Assembly: GCA_011109175.1 (NCBI GenBank)
Contig: RDEW01000036.1
Location: 313,583-377,582, forward strand
DNA from: Dicyema japonicum
Taxonomy: Eukaryota > Animalia > Dicyemida
Length of the DNA stretch: 64,000 nucleotides
Reading direction: 5' to 3'
Shown: positions 39,725-53,151 of the stretch, piece by piece
Layout of the letters: each line of letters starts with the position of its first letter
Numbering within the stretch: position 1 is the first letter of the stretch
Program-made: the position numbers and the translations under genes
Notes under the pieces: generated by a model
Databases searched by the model: none
Told to the model about the DNA's origin: nothing
The model's input: only the letters and a program-made list of their open reading frames with translations

Positions 39725-40118
39725 GTCTACAAATAATATCAAACCATCATATAGTAACAAGAAAATCACACTTTCCTCTACAAATAATATTAAACCATTA
39801 CATATTAACAAGAAAATCATACTTTCCTCTACAAATAATATTAAACCATCATATAGTAACAAGAAAATCACTTTCCTCTACAAATAATGTTAAACCATCA
39901 CATAGTAACCGGAAAATGTTACTTTCGTCCACAAATAATATTAAACCATCACATAGTAACAAGAAAATCACACTTTCCTCTACAAATAATATTAAACCAT
40001 CACATAGTAACCGGAAAATGTTACTTTCGTCCACAAATAATATTAAACCATCATATAGTAACAAGAAAATCATACTTCCTCTACAAATAATATTAAACCA
40101 TTATATAGTAACCAGAAA
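39725..40118. repeat. Minisatellite, ~51-bp unit, about 8 copies
   Basis: CCTCTACAAATAATATTAAACCATCACATAGTAACAAGAAAATCACACTTT with two unit variants. Confidence 0.9.
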
Positions 40119-40534
40119 GTCATAATATCCATTCTTTACTGTGTCGTTGATTTTTTGGCTTTGGTCTTGATAATCATAGTAATTGTTTTATTCCATAGAA
40201 GAGATAAATTTAGTTATTAACAAACACTAATTCATTGTCTGGTTAACTTATTATTAATATGGGAATTTTTGGTTTGTTTGATGTTAAATGATATATTTTA
40301 TAGTCTCTTGTATAATTTTTTGATAAGTCTACATTTATTTTTTGTGTTTTAATGACATATAAAGTTGACCTATTTAGAATTTGAATTAGTTTGCTGGATA
40401 ATCATTTAGACTTAGTTAAATACAACAAATGACATTTGTCACATAATGGAGAATGATATACTATGAATGAAGTAGACCATGTCTCTGGAATTAGTTATAT
40501 GTAGTAATGTAATACAAGTATTACATGATTTCTA

Positions 40535-41640
40535 ATGCCATCCACATTCTGGGAATAGATCTATCAAAAGCCTTTGACTCGGTTAACAGGAAAAAATTGA
40601 TGACAGTGCTGGAAGGGTTTATTGACGAATCGAGTCTAAGAATGATTCAAATCCTTCTATCTAACACAGAACTCCTTGTGAGAGTTGGAAAACCTACTCA
40701 AGAAAATTTGAAACAAACACAGGCACTCCTCAAGGAAACTCCCTCTCTTCCCTACTATTCACAATATACTTGGAGGCCGCTATGAGGGAACTGAGACCAT
40801 TATATCAAGGAAAAATAGAAGAAGTGATTTATGCTGATAATGTCGACCTAATTTCTGAAGACAAAGAACTCCTGGAGCATGTACTAGAAAAAGCACCAGA
40901 TATACTTGGGAAATGGTTTCTCACAGTGAACAGTAAAAAAACAGAACGGACAGAGATAAGACGAATGAACAACTCACTTGAAGAAAAATGGAGACACATA
41001 AAGAAACTTGGCTCTCTACTAGGAGATACCGAAGACATCATACTGAGAAAAACATTGGAAAATGCGGCATCACAAAGGATGAAAAATCTTTGGCTAAAAC
41101 GGAAAGGATATAACATAAAACAAAAGATTATGTTATACGACACCTTCATCAAAACCAATCCTACTATACAACTCTGGGACCTGGGCCACCTCTAAAGAGG
41201 AATTGGAGAGGCTAGACTCATTTCACAGGAATCATCTAAGAAACATAACTGGAATGTCCTGGCCATCCAAGATCTCGTGGAATGGACTGTACAATAAGTG
41301 TGACTGTACGCCATTAATCCACGAGATCATTAACTCTCGTTGGAGACTTTTTGGACACGTCCTGAGGTTGGACCGATATCCCTCCGAATATCGCAATGGA
41401 AGATTACTACTCCTCCAACGTAAAACGCTTTCGTGGAAGACCGAGAACTACCCTCCCGGTCGTTCTACAAAACGATCTGAAAGCCGTGAAAAAAACATTG
41501 GCACCTGGTGACGATCTGGAGTCACTGAGGTACCTAGCAAAGAACAGGAGAGCTTGGAGCAACCTAACTAATTCTCTTATATTTTCTGCTGCACATGCGA
41601 GGCTATAAATATTATGGCTCTCGTGAAAGTGCTATTAATA
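40535..41640 (+). mobile_element. 5'-truncated RTE LINE (RT to 3' end), frameshifted
   Basis: GIDLSKAFDSV, GTPQG, IYADNVD, KKLGSLL, RWRLFGHVLRL, RGRPRTT. Confidence 0.88.
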
Positions 41641-42419
41641 ATATGATTTCTAAAAAAGAAAATAGTCATTAAAAATGACCTTGATTTGGAAAAAAAATTT
41701 ATGTGAATTTAAGTAAAGCCATCATTATGGTATCTCACACACGAAGTAAAAGAAGACCATAAAAATTGTTTAAAAGACTGAGGCAATTAAATGTCTTGAT
41801 TATTTTGCTAATAAAGATATAATGCAAGATCTTGTTTTGAATGAGTATCGAAAGAACTGAACTTGCTAATGATAAGAAATAACTCAAACAGAAGTGCTTC
41901 GTCATTCGAGAACGAAATCAGATTTTAATTTCGACGAGGAAATTATTGATGCTAAAATGGAGAGAATATTATATGTGAAAACATAAATATTACCTACAAT
42001 GAAATTAATATATTTATTCCCTTCACAATCCGAAGGGCATCCTATTTTTTTAGTTCGGATTAATTAAATTTTACTGTACTTTTCATTTAAAAGTTCACGG
42101 TTAATGATGTATTGTCAATTTTTTCCACCTTCGAACAATTTAACAAAAAGTTCCCCAAGTTGACTACAAACTAAATATTTCTTGCATGAATATGAGCTCT
42201 CTGTGTTCCTGACCTTACACCAACCAGTTCCTTGCCAGTATGTTTGAGTTCAAAAGAGAACCATTCTATTAAAGTGAAGACCATCGGCCAGGGCCAAAAT
42301 GAGGTCCCTGTTGGAGCATGTCGGAATCACGCGAAAGTTAGTCCGTGTTACTTCGGTCTTTAGAATGGTAATTTATTTATTTAATTTTCAGAAAATCAAC
42401 ATTTTGACTTTAACTCTCT

Positions 42420-42640
42420 TATGGTTTTCACGGTTTAATTGGGTGATTGCTGCTATGTGCTTTCACCAAACCCTACGGGCTTCAGCTGATCTTATATCTT
42501 GAGAGACACCCAGTACCTAGCCAGCATCCAAAAAATCCTTCTCTTCCTTTCTAAGGTTTCCAAATGGAGGATATGGATAGACGGGATGCGTCCATGAGAG
42601 ACAGATTATACTCTATCAACTCTGAGGTTACTAAATAAAT
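42420..42640 (+). repeat. Diverged member of the LINE-derived short repeat group
   Basis: Similar to 55436-55680 (AGCATCCAAAAA...GGATATGGAT...GATGCGTCC). Confidence 0.5.
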
Positions 42641-42687
42641 TATTAAACAGAAATCAAAACTGAAGGAATTAATTAAAAATTAGAAAA

Positions 42688-43633
42688 ATGAAATTCTATA
42701 ATGATTATTTCCTTAGGGAATTAAGTGCACTAACAATGTTATACATTACTGGGGCTGTTGTCTCTGTTATGGGAATATTTACTAATTTAATGATTATAAT
42801 ATTTATTTATTATGAACACACTAAAGTTTATAATTTTTGTATTTTAATAATTACCATTAATTACTCGTTATTTCTTTCATATTCCCTCATTTTTGTTTAT
42901 TTTACACAATTAATAACCACAAACACATTCTCTATATTCATTGCCTCACTGATTCCATTTGTATTCCCCATTTCTCACATAATTAATACATTCGGAAAAT
43001 ATATATTCGTCATAATCACTATTTCTCGGTTTCAAGCTCTGCTTTATCCAATCAAGTCCAATATTCTTCCGTCCATTCGAAAATGTGGCTTAATTTTTGC
43101 GTATATTTTTGTCTTCTCTTGTCTTCTTCACATTCCAAAATTCTTTGTGTTGAAGACAAAGTCCACAAATTCAAGTTTGATCTACGTTTTGACTAATTTT
43201 GGAATGAGTCCTACTTATAACAAGGTAACTCATCACTTCCCATTAGATCTTCCACTACTGGTTGTACATACCATTAGAGTTCGCCGTCCCCTTAGTCAGT
43301 TTACTACTTCTCAACATAATGATGATGATTTACCTAAGGAAACTGTACAATCGTCAATTATATTTTTCAATTATAACACTATTTTTTATGATAACCACAA
43401 ACACAGTCACAAATACATTGGAATTGATATGTAACGTTATGTGGGGACTTACTTTCGATTCCCCAACTCCAACTCTCCACCAATCCTTCATCACTCTTGT
43501 CCAGGCGAATGATTTAACGTTAACCCTCTCTGCTGCCTTGAATCCAATTTATATGTGTATTTGTGGATTTTTACAGTTCTGTAGAAGATATACTAATATT
43601 CCTCCTAAATTAGCAATAACATATTCTCTTTAA
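42688..43633 (+). CDS. Class A (rhodopsin-like) GPCR, FMRFamide/peptide-receptor-like, 307 aa
   Basis: Removing the 22-nt intron 43225-43246 fuses two ORFs into 7 hydrophobic segments with GIFTN (TM1), ISRFQALLYP (DRY position), HIPKFF (TM4), VPLVSLLLLN (TM5), AALNPIYM (TM7). Confidence 0.85.
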
Positions 43634-44749
43634 AATTTTTGGGGTTATTCTCACTTAACGTCGTTGTTAGTGCTCATCCGCGTGGCATTTAGCTTTGAGT
43701 CCGATTCCCACACTCCTACTCACTTGGTGGAAGTATTTCCACCCTGCTCTTAACCTTCTTCAATTCATAAAAGCGTCAGGAGACATCCAATGCCTGCCTG
43801 GTATTAAAAAAAGGATATTCCTCTTTCCTACTTGTGACAGGGGAAACGATGAAACCTATTTCACAGTTATTCGCGGTTATTGAGGTCAGTGAACACTCCT
43901 TAGAGGATATCTCTTAATTGTTCCTATAGTTATGACAGGTAATTTGTCTGTTTTTGTCCTGTACGATTGTTTAATGTCCTCATCTTTGATGTTTAAGTAT
44001 CTTATTCCGGTTGGCTAAGGATTCCATGTTTTTTTGATTGTTCGTTATGTGACTGATTATCTGTCTCTTACTATTTGAGAGGTCGACTTTTGTTCAAGTG
44101 TTTCCGATAGTAGGAATTAGGTTTTATGAGACTGTAAGCTATCCAGATCGTATTTTCTTTATATTATGTGAGTGAATATATCCACGTTGGTCAGTCTTTG
44201 ATCAATGCAAGAGACCACTTGGTCGTAGAGTCTTATATATTGACTATCGGATTCGTCCCATAGACTGATCATTTGATTTTTGTTTTATTGGGTTCTGGAA
44301 AAAACAATTTCCTCTACAGTGTCTTCACATGAAAATTATGTTATGCTGCCCCAAGTCCCCACCATCAAGGTCATCAGCAATAATGAAGAGTGGAATGTTT
44401 ACAATATACTATTAAAACTTAATAAATAATTTCCCCAGTATTCTTCTCAATCAATCACTGTGCCTCGTCTGTCGTTGATACCCTAAAACGCCATATCTCC
44501 GTAAGCAAGTTGTTCTTTATGGCAAAACAGAAAAAATTGTTTTGCAGAATACTTCAAAGAACAGTTTTAATCAATTAATTCATCAACCTCGGATACATTG
44601 AGAAAAAGGTTATAATAAACAGCTAGTCACACAAGCTAAGAGTCTTTCAATATCACATATAAAGTGGGGCAAATAAGTAATGGCTAGTAAAATGTGATTA
44701 TTTTCTTTCTACAAAAAATTTGTACGTTAATTAAAAATTAGATACTTCC

Positions 44750-45635
44750 GGACTAAACGTAGCGCTGACGCCGTCGGAGCCTGGGATGAATGGATGAATT
44801 TGTACCTGAATGCTCCGGTCAATTGTGATAAGCAAAAGTCCTATTTGTTTTGTGTCTTCGAAAAGAAGAAAGAGTCCCTTGAAAAGACGGAAGATGTAAG
44901 AAGGCTTGCCTGCCTCAAAACAGCCAGTTGTCACTCGACGGGGGCCTGGATGAGCGCTTACCCATCTGCCGAAATTGGAAACCTGTTGGATGATGAGGCT
45001 GTGAGAATAGCTACCTCGCTTCGTCTTGGTCTTAAATTATGTGCCGAAAGAAAATGCCGCTGTGGACGTTGGATCGATCCTTTTGGTTATCATCCCTTGT
45101 CATGCAAGATGAGTGCGGGTCGTTTTCCCAGGCAATCCTGTCTTAACATGACATTAAAGAATTCCCTTGCCTCTGCTGGACACCATTGCCTGTTAGAACC
45201 TGCTGGTCTTTCCCGAAACGATGGAAAACGCCCTGATGGGATGACTACTTTTCCATTCGCCAACGGACGAAACCTGATCTGGGACGGGACGTGTGTTGAT
45301 ACTTATTTTCCTTCTAATTTGGTTGCTGTTGCTTCAGACCCAGGACATGCTTCGAAGCAGGTCGAGGAACGAAAGAGGAGGAAGTACCAGAGAATTTCGG
45401 AGGAGTATCTTTTTGTTCCATTCGCGGTGGAAACGTCAGGAATCCTTGGCCCCCAAGCAGATGAGTTGGTTCGTAAGATCGGCTCCATGACTCAAGCTGT
45501 GACCAAGGATCCGCGAGAGACTGGTTGGTTCCGAGAACGTATCTCGTTGGCTATTGTTAGGGGAAATAGCATGGCCATTCAGATGCCTTAATTTAATTTT
45601 TATTCATTTGATAATAAAACCATTAAAAAAAAGTT
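44750..45635 (+). mobile_element. CRE-like retrotransposon 3' part with an uninterrupted ORF (Zn finger and RLE)
   Basis: SCHSTGAWM, CRCG...HPLSCK, GKRPDG, IWDGTCVDT, VPFAVETSG, RISLAIVRGNS; AATAAA and an A-tail follow. Confidence 0.88.
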
Positions 45636-46966
45636 ATGAGATTGCATCTTTGTTTTTGATTTTTAACCATTCAAAAATTTTAATTGAATTTTATTGTGGA
45701 AAAAATCATGGTAACGTTAGGTAATACTCTAGTCTCGAAGAATAGAAACACCCACAAATCATGATACCTCCTCCCCATAAAGTCTTTTATTTATATAGTC
45801 CATCTTTGTGAAACGTGTTTGTTATTGTTCGATACACTCGTGTCTAGCATTGTTAAATCTTTATATAATTTTTTTTCTGAAAATGTTGGTAACTTTTCGA
45901 ACGAGTATAGATCGAGAACGTCTTGTAATTTGTGTTGGTGCTCCGACCTGGATGGAATAATGTTGGTAGCAAATCAATTATATCTCCTAAAATATTTCTA
46001 ATTGATTGGAATATTAAAAGTTTTAGAAAGCTTTCTATATCTTTTGCCATCTAGATGTTCTCGAACTATTTGCTTTGATTTGTAGTTGTTCTTTTTTTAA
46101 ACATAGTTACTCGGAAATCTATATGAGCATAATACAATCTAGATACGTATGGAATAAATTGAAAATATAATCATGTGAATGAATAATTAATTTACCCATT
46201 GACTTGGAACGTAATAAAAACAAAAAATATTTAACAACAGGAATGTTGCCAGGACTTTTTTCCACTGAAAAAAATCAAATTTGAAATTCGCATCGATAAA
46301 AAATATTGAATCAATTAAACACTATTTATTTAACACCCAAGACCACGGTAAAACCAAAACTAACTATCACGTGATCCCGATGCGCTCCGCCAAATCAATA
46401 AGAAACTTTTATAGAGAACAGTTATTTAAATTTAAATATTTTTAAATTATGTGAAATATTTATATTTTGTTGTAAAAATTAAAATTTTAAATTTATGCAA
46501 GGTTGCCATGACTTATTTGTCCCACTGTAAGTTTATCCAGAGCCAGTGGGAAGAGAAGAAAACATCCAGTCCTTGGTGTTGTAGGATACCCTCTAATGGA
46601 ATGGGGAAGGAATTGATTCTTTAGTCCCACCCTAGCACTGAGCAGGCACCTGTCTAGCAGAACAAGGGAAGAGAAAAAACATGAAAGTAAGAAAAACCTT
46701 TGCCAGTGGGGACTCATACCTTTTGAGTTTTATCAGAGGCACAACTAAATATTGGATAGAAACTTAGCAAGCTCACATCAAAGAGGGTGATATTGACTCT
46801 GTTAAGTATCCCCGACCTCACCAACTTATCCAAAAGTCTGACTTGATGCTAGTGGGTACCATGATTTCGCTCTCATAGATCAGGTTGATTCCTAAGGGGG
46901 TGATAAATACTTATTTTCCAATAAATCTGTGTAGTATAAAGACAAGAGTAAATATATAAACAACCG

Positions 46967-47806
46967 TCACAAAAGAGCATAATAGTTCTTAAAATATTCA
47001 TAGGAGGTGATCATAATAGCACAAGAAGGGGCAACTTTGCATAACCGAGGAGTGAGTCCTACAATATAATAGTAATACTACCACGAAACAGAGCCAATGG
47101 GCCATCATTAGTCAATGTAGTTTTAATAATGTGGGATAAACACAAATTAGGATTTGTTAAATTAGTCTGCATTCCTGTTTTGAGGACATCAAAGGCATAG
47201 TCAGCACTGTCGAAATAAATCCAGAAATGAGTCCACAGACAAACGGAGTAAGATTACAATATTTGAATTCCTCATATAAAGGCCAATATATGACTTAATA
47301 ACAAAATAATAAAACCAGAAAAGGGTACATCCCTCAAAAGAGAGGGAAAACAACCTCTCCAGAGGAGTCTGAGTCCCTGAGAAGAGGCTTTCATCCAAAG
47401 ATCGTTGTACCCGTATTTACCAGACTGAAGAGAAGTACGGATAAGTTCAATGGGACTGAGAGTGGTGACTGTAATGACTGGGATAATAACAAATTAATAC
47501 ATCTGGCTAGTCCACCAGCTATCATTGGCTTGTATAAATCATCCCCCAAACAGTCTTTGATATGGTCGTACGAAGAAAAGTATAATACATTGTTGGGGAT
47601 TGAGAATGAACTAAATATTATGTTGGTGACTACAGTGTTGCACCCAGTCCACGCCAAAGACAGCTCACTCCACTTATGCTGGCCATACAGCCATGCATTT
47701 GTATCCTTACTTTGAGGACGTCCAGTGGATTCATCAATATGCCTGTAATCAGTGAACCAGTCGTTGATGCAACTATTCTCTCATATAATCCAATTTCTCC
47801 TGTCAT
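46967..47806 (-). CDS. Mitochondrial carrier, SLC25A39/40 (glutathione importer) family, ~249 aa
   Basis: Three carrier signatures (PLDVLKVRIQ, PIELIRTSLQ, PFDVLKTGMQ) and family motifs LLRDVPFSVIYW and GLTPRLCKVAPSCAIMITSYEYFK. Introns 47611-47633, 47478-47500, 47294-47315, 47059-47081; needs one extra base in the homopolymer at ~47191. Confidence 0.9.
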
Positions 47807-48004
47807 TTGTAGACAATTACTTTTAATTTTATTAATTATTTAATAAGTAAAATTTAAATTTTATGTAACGTTTTTTAACTTTGTGGTTTTTCTTAAGTGT
47901 CCGAGGTCATAATTTAAATTCTTTATTCTCTTTGTTATATTTTCGCAGTGTCATAAGGACTCACGAAAAAGACATGTGTGCAATAGAGCCACGTCACCAG
48001 CTCA

Positions 48005-48450
48005 ACCAAACCTGGGGTGTCTCAGAAGCAATAATGGACAAACTAGATGCCTTCCATCGTAAGCAACTCCGACTGTTGCTTGGCATCAACTGGCCGAAAA
48101 AAATTACAAACAAGAATCTATACAAAGTAATGTAGGACGAAAGCTGAAAACTGGAGATGATCTGGATACGCTCGGAATAACTGCCTGTAACCGCGGAGCA
48201 TGGAGGAAGTTGGTCAAGAGAATTGTGGAAAAAAATAACCTGAAGAAAAATACGCATAAGCGGAACCTTAATTAAATAAATTACATTTTTGGTTCTTCGA
48301 AAGTGCTATTAATTAATAATAAGGACTCAGATGCTTTTCGTTTTAAATCTCACTGTTGTCTATTTCGGATGAAAGTTGCATGCATCTACGACGGTCCCTA
48401 ATAGACGAGTGGCGTCTTCGTATAGTGATTCCTCACTGCTGTACCTGACT
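48005..48450 (+). mobile_element. RTE 3' relic followed by a SINE fragment
   Basis: TWGVSEAIMDKLDAFHRKQLRLLLGINWPKKITN; tail CGAAAGTGCTATTAA; then GGACTCAGAT...GCATCTACGA...GACGAGTG. Confidence 0.7.
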
Positions 48451-49219
48451 GTCTACAGGGACTCACCACAACCAAAGAAGTTAATAAAATCCCTTCCTAT
48501 ATTAATAAACATAGCTATACTTAAAAAAATTAAGTTAATTTCTCTAATTACTAGAGATTTGTTTGACAAGGCACATGCGTAGGCTTCGATCCATTCAAAG
48601 TGACGATGTGTGATGTAACCAACAGTAAGGTGACGATTGTATGATGTAACCAAGCATTAGTGAATATTGTCTTACAATAGCGTTACTTACCTGTTTAATA
48701 ATGATTACTCACTTTATAATACTGTAGTGGTTATATATTTTGTTGATTTACAATGTCGCCGTTATAAGATTATGTACTTACTATGTGACACATTCATGTG
48801 GTTATAACTCATCAAGACTCTATGCTGATCATTTATTTATCTACAATTCCTTATCGAAGGTGGCTGACAGGAAAGTAAAAGCCAAAACCGACGTTCACGA
48901 TAGATCTGGCGTGGAAGGGAAGGTGGATACGTGATCGTTAATGGGGAACACAGTGACGAATTTGATTGTCCGGTTTTGCCATAAAGATAGGTAGTGACCC
49001 TAGCGGAAGCGCACCATGTGGACTCGAACTTCCAGAGAATAGGGAGGTTTTAATTCTATCAATTTAACGTAATATGCTACAGAAACTACGTTACCCATAA
49101 GCATATGACCCCAGGGTTCTTGAATTGTTAGCGTGCGTCATGTGGTTCACCATCTCTGGTGGGGTCATATAAAATTTTAGATTATATCCAAAAAGGACCA
49201 TTAATAAATTCGTGGATCA

Positions 49220-49870
49220 TTTTGAGAATCTTATGAGTAGCCTCATATCTGAATATGGGAATTCGATCTCCGAAGAAGCAATGGTTTGTCGAAAAACACA
49301 GGCAAATTCAAATACGAACAATAAATTGCATAATTATACTAAAAATGGCTCTACTACTGATTGTTGCTAATGATCTTTCAGAAGAATTTTTATCCTAAAA
49401 TATACCGCTTTTAAGCTACAAAATCCTGCAATTGTAAACTTAATATGGTCATCCTGCTCCTTCGGAAACCAGATGCCGTGATTTTGTAAAGTTTCTCACT
49501 GAAAGATGGTTTCTAAAATTATTGAAACAATTTCAAATGAGAACATTATTTAATTGTCGACGAAACTGATGTAGGTAGAAAAAATATGTTAATTATATTT
49601 TTTGAAAATTTAAGAATCCTCAAAAAATGTTTAATTGGTTGTATTCCTATTGATTATCCCCTAATTCCGCAGATATGTGCCAAATTATTGACGATGTTGT
49701 TCGCAAATCTAATGAAAGAAAGAAATTTCTTTACTCATTTCAGATGCTGCTCCTTATGTGGTTTTTGCAGAAAAAATTGAAACAGTCGTATTCAAGTCTT
49801 TCATTACGTGTGGCACAATTGTTACAAAATGTACTTTCCGTATTTAATTTCATTATCCTGAAGTGGATAA
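49220..49870 (+). mobile_element. hAT-related (CGGBP1-like) transposase relic
   Basis: NIPL, PSETR, LIVDETDVGRK, LLISDAAPYV. Confidence 0.6.
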
Positions 49871-49894
49871 ATTAATATCATCTATCAAGGCACT

Positions 49895-50340
49895 TATTAT
49901 TAGCACTCTCACGAGAGCCATACGCATGTGCAGCAAAAAATATAAGAGAAAGAGTAGGCTTTTCTGTCCTTAGCCAGATCCCTCAAGGTACTTGTGGTCA
50001 AAAATTATTAACTTTCTTGCACTTGTGGTCAACTTTTTATACCTATAATTAATATCAACGCGGAACCAGAAAAGTTAATTAATTTGAGGTTCCACTTCTT
50101 CCTGCATCTCAGGATACGCGCTATAAATCGTTTCCATCCTCCCCTGTTTCTCGCAACCGCCCTCAGATCCTCTCCTAATTTCAGATTCCTTCCTATGCAC
50201 ATAAGTTATTTGTCGACATCAATACGTTGATTTGTTTAATTTAGACAAGTATGATTCCATGGCCTGATTGGCCGGTCCCAATTCCGAACCTCATAGGACA
50301 TGTCCAAAGAGCTCCCATTTCGCTGAAGTCACCTATTAGG
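49895..50340 (-). mobile_element. RTE 3' relic
   Basis: WELFGHVL...PANQAM; shared tail GGCTCTCGTGAGAGTGCTAATAAT. Confidence 0.65.
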
Positions 50341-51169
50341 TCAACAATTTAATTTTTAGGGCAATTTAATTGACTTTTTAAAGTCAAGGGCAACTTTTCG
50401 GTTACCCTCAATTATTACTAAAGCACTTAAGATAATAGTCACTAATATTACTTTTGCGAGTCTTGTTATGGAGAGTTTCCAGATCTTACCGAGTTAAGAA
50501 TCTCATTTTTATATTTGATGGGTCATCAAAAAGGATAGCGGTAAGGTGATTGTTGGACTGTCACATATTTTCCTGTAATGGTTGGGGTAAAATTATTTTC
50601 CATCGCGTATTGACCGGGTAGCAATACCCAGTCGTACGACATGCCATGATGGTTTCCATCGTTCTTTGAGAATTATCTTCTATAATTTCCTAACCTTGTA
50701 GAAGGAATAAATCTTTTAATTGGAGTCTAACTCGACCACTACTCTCCAATGATAGTTTGCAGTTGCTTGTTCTACTTTTTCTAGTTCAGTTCAGGTTATC
50801 TCCCAGGTAGCGTTAAATTATGATTATAATTAGTTAAGTAACCCCGGCCAACTAACCTGTAGGAGACTACCGGTTATTAAGTAGGCCAGTAAATGACGGT
50901 TGCTCCCATGGATCGGTCACTTAGGCATGGTAGACAAACAGCGTACTACATTCAAAAAGGTGATTTGCTGTCAACTCAGAGAGGTTGCAAAAAGACAAAG
51001 AACATCTTTTACATAAACCAATTAAAGTACGTAGGTTGTTAGAAGGAGTGGTTTCTAGATCGTAGATGAACCCTGATTATCAGGTTGTTGCTCGGAATAG
51101 GGAGCCAAAATGATTATGAATGTATTTTATAATCTTAGACGGTTTTATCCTATTGAATGTTAATTATTA

Positions 51170-52120
51170 TTAATAACCTCGAATACACCGAGAGGGAAGT
51201 TAAAAACAAAGTGCATCCAGTTCCCACTGTCACAGAAACAGAGTCCTTCCAAGGAGATGAAATGATCCAATTATGTGCTATTCTGGCAGTGGGCCGTAGC
51301 TGAGAAATGTGGATCACATGACGCCAAAAGGGAAGAGGAAGAAGAGAAGAAACAAACAGAAATCTTCAACCAAGCAGTCACATGCCAGAACACTAAAGTT
51401 AGCACGAGTAAATTCAATTTAAGTGTTTTTATTGAACTAATTCAAAATAAATAATTAAATGTTCATATTTTATTATTATTTATTTTTATTTGACGTGGGC
51501 CATCCTATCCTAAAATGGACGTTATATTTATTTGTTTAATTTTCAGAAAATTTGGCCGCGAGGCGCCATATGGTGCTATGTGACTAGTTGGTCAAAACTA
51601 TTTTCCTTCCTTCCGATTGCGTCATTGGATCCACCTAACTGAGGATACGCAGAATGCTTCTCCGCCATAAAGAGGATTCAGCTATTCTTTCCCGGGTGAC
51701 AATGTCGTTACCTGAAGACATGCTCTGGAATGCAGGAACGAGTCAGGTTCAACGAGTTAGTTAGTTTGGTTGCCCTTTTGGAATAATTTTAATTTATTAT
51801 TTTAAATTGATTGAACCAAAAAAACACCGGTGGCTCCAAAGTTAGTGTGGTGCTGTGTGGCTACCTGAATTGAAAATTGTCTATTCTGTTCTTTTTCGTC
51901 TTTTTTGGAACCAGGGACCTTAACTTGTTAGCGTGCCTCATGTGGTTCACCATCTCTGGTGGCACCATCTATAATCTTAAATTATATCCAAAAAAGACCA
52001 TTAGTAAACAACCATCCAGATAAGTTCTCCCTGGACGACATTTCCTTCAAGTCCAATTGCTGAGGGAGGCCGGGATAACCTGATTTTTTTATTCTAGATA
52101 TGAGGTGTTTTTCTGGTTCA
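51170..52120. repeat. Cluster of three ~250-300-bp LINE-derived repeats (51170-51410 minus; 51553-51790 and 51826-52120 plus)
   Basis: Shared GTGCTATGTGACT head, pyrimidine tract and GCGTCAT(G)TGGATCCAC-like core. Confidence 0.7.
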
Positions 52121-53151
52121 ATTGACAGTTAAGGTTTTTGATTCGCTGTCAGGAAACAATATTAAGCAGAATATCTTCCAATCGAGAATTTTTGTAGACT
52201 CAACTTGAGTCTTCTACCTAAAGTGTCCCCAAAAGGGACTTTATTCGGCTTATTTCTGGCCGACCTTTTTATACCGATGATTGAAAATAATATTATACTA
52301 ATTTATGCCATGAAATGGTCCTGGTCTAATGCAGTGGGGACATACAGAATTCCGTATGGAAAATGCAACAATACCTATACCGACTAGTTACAGACGAGTT
52401 TTGAAAAATCTGTTACAACCCTCCTCACTTCAGACAAGAGAAGCTTACAGACAATCGAATTTCCAAAATCTCCTACAACAAATCTCAAAAATTCCTGATG
52501 GTAACCTTTGGCATGCACATGTGCTTTTCTGAGATCAATTTACTGAAATGACTCTCAAGTCCTTTCCAATACTTCTTGAAGGACTCCTCTGTAAGAACCA
52601 AATGACATGCATTCAGTGCCACGCCCCATATTAAAATTTTTTCATTTCATAACGACAAAAGAACCCTCAAATCCTCACTTCCTCAAGAGAAGGACATTTT
52701 CCTCCCTTTGAGGTGACATCGCACTCATATTATCTCAATAATCCACGAATGCGTCATAGTTAGTAACTCCCACGTTACCTATAAGCATATGAATAATTGG
52801 AGTTCCGCTTGTGTCGTAATTTTCACAATCCGTTCCACCAGTTTTTTCCTCACTCGTATCCGCAGTTCATCAGGTCGACCACTTCTCAATTTCCCACCAA
52901 TATGAGCATAATATTGACTCAACAGAGAGGAAGAGTAGTTCTCAGCCGTCCACGAAAGCCCAGTCACATTTTGATTGAAACCCCTCCATAATGAGGTTAC
53001 ATGGCCTTACCATATCCATGGGAGAATATGCCCAAGGAGTGGCCAGCGCCGAATAATGGGGGGAATAAAGATGTATAAATTTATGTAATAAAAATAATAT
53101 AAACTGAACGATTAATTGCGGTCATAAATATTGTGAATACGCATAATTATA

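Noticed and set aside
39725-40118. CRISPR-like array
   Set aside because: Contiguous repeats without unique spacers, eukaryotic context and no cas genes.
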